From NCBI GenBank assembly GCA_002633005.1, contig NMRA01000445.1:1-64000 (forward strand): 64,000 bases of DNA, given 5' to 3'. The stretch is from Phoronis australis (Eukaryota > Animalia > Phoronida). Within the stretch, counting starts at the first letter, position 1. Every line of letters starts with the position of its first letter. Of this stretch, positions 62,422-64,000 are shown piece after piece. Position numbers and translations under genes: made by a program. The notes beneath the pieces were generated by a model, which did no database searches, was not told where the DNA came from, and worked only from the letters and a program-made list of their open reading frames with translations.

Positions 62422-64000
62422 ATGAAGCGTAAATGACAGCACTCTCAGCAGAATCAAAAGTTGCGTCAACAACATGGATCAACTTTTCGAGTTTTACTTC
62501 CGGTTTTGTCTAAGCTACATCAGCTCGCAACCATGAAACTGTAATAACTAAAGGAACTCTGTATCGTGATCTTCGTCGTGTCGGACTATTTCGGCATGTA
62601 TAGACATCCGATCTAGGTGAGCTGACACTCTTTACCAAAGGGCTGCTTCAAGACGACCGTAATTTACATGAGTACGGATGGGTGGGTCGATTGAGGAACT
62701 CACTGTCACTTACAAGATGTTTGGCTCATTTCTAAGGTTTTCAATCCCATTGGATTTGGCTTGCGTTCTGGGAGAGGGGTGCATCTCTCGAGGCTCTTTT
62801 ATCGATGGCTAGTAGTAGTATTTGGCTTGAAGCGTGTTCAAGCAGTAATAACCAACGTGTCGTTGCCGGATACTACATGAAGGTGAAAGTGACCCAGGCA
62901 AGACGGGGCTGACTAGTTAAAATGCGGAGAGACGTGGCACGTGAAAATGGAGGTAAAGGTGTGTTACTTGGTACAGGCATCATATGGCAACGACACGTGG
63001 GTCACCACTGGTTGAATAAGCTTCAAGTCAAATAAAGTTTCGCAAAAAGCCACCGACAATATTTAACCGTTTATACAGTGACCATACGGTTTCGATTTGT
63101 CGTATGAATCGAAGTGTCACACGAAGTTAGGGCCTCAAGGAAAGTAGGCCTATTCCCTGCCGATGCAACCTTCTCCGATAACGTAGGTCAACTTCAGTGG
63201 GGTCAATAACAATTAATGAAAACGAGCCTGACGTCCTCCAAGGCAGTAATGAAACCCTGTTGAACGCATCTTAAATGCACTGATGTCTGCACCCATGTAT
63301 ACCCCCGGCGTCCTCTTGAGTAATCCTTCAATGAAGTTTGTCAGTTCAATTAGATCGAACTTGCACACCAGATTTCATTTGGCAGTTCGAGGGTCCGAAT
63401 TTTTGACATGCAATAGTCTGCCCTGCCCTGCCCCCCCCCAGAACTCAAAATCCAGGATCCGCTCTTGCACGCACATCGAAATAGTCCATCACGACGAAAT
63501 ACACAATGCAGTGTTCATTTAGGTCTACTTTTGACAGTTCTACGTTTGCGATTTAATCTTGCAAGGATCTCCTTGTAATTTAGGCCATGTTGTTGACGTA
63601 TTTTTCCCCTGGCGGATGTTTCAGTGATGACGAGATTTGGACCAAAAATAGGAATTTAGATCCAGTCACAGCATAGTTTCCAAAGGTTCAGGTAACCATG
63701 GGGACAATTTAACACTTGTTTGTTACGGAGGGTTAGTTTCAGTTGCATACGCAGTATAGCAGTCGGGAGCATTTCAGACAATTTATCAGTTGTAACAAAT
63801 TTCAATTTAAAAAAAGAAGAACGCAATTACTTTGCTTTGCAAGAGCAAATACGTCTGTTAAGAATGCCGTTGTCTTGACAACAGAAGATGCTTTTCACCG
63901 TGATTTCAACACTTATTATTTGGGTGATAAAACAAGTCGTAAGAACTTTTAACTGTGGTTTTTATAGTAAACTTTTCTCGCGTTTTAAACTGTATTTCGT

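Overview
Eukaryotic (animal, invertebrate-type) genomic DNA, AT-rich, with spliced genes; most short ORFs in the supplied track are noise. I assembled four genes by hand from GT-AG boundaries and reading frame. (1) First coding exon of a probable tetraspanin (minus strand, runs off the left edge). (2) A 7-exon secreted/lysosomal saposin-like gene with two SapB domains (plus, 3152-12676, 274 aa), head-to-head with gene 1 across a 132-bp spacer carrying CLEAR/M-box motifs. (3) A 2-exon single-CRD TNF-receptor-like type I membrane protein (minus, 237 aa) with an RVxF motif in its tail. (4) A complete 16-exon NMDA receptor GluN2-type gene (minus, 30582-59617, 1060 aa, C-terminal ESTL). The most notable signal is in the GluN2 gene: two intact, diverged, same-phase copies of the pre-M1/M1 exon (44277-44402 and 43544-43666), the layout of mutually exclusive exons. 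There is also a possible decayed third copy, a candidate 15-nt microexon, and a Gly at the pore N-site. Introns and intergenic DNA carry many non-autonomous elements: CA...TG MITEs with 5-bp target duplications, hAT-, Kolobok- and TA-type MITEs, Helentron/HINE-like repeats, tRNA-derived SINE heads and satellites. Two near-identical tandem duplications that abut single N characters are probably uncollapsed haplotypes. No database searches were possible, so family calls rest on recognised motifs.
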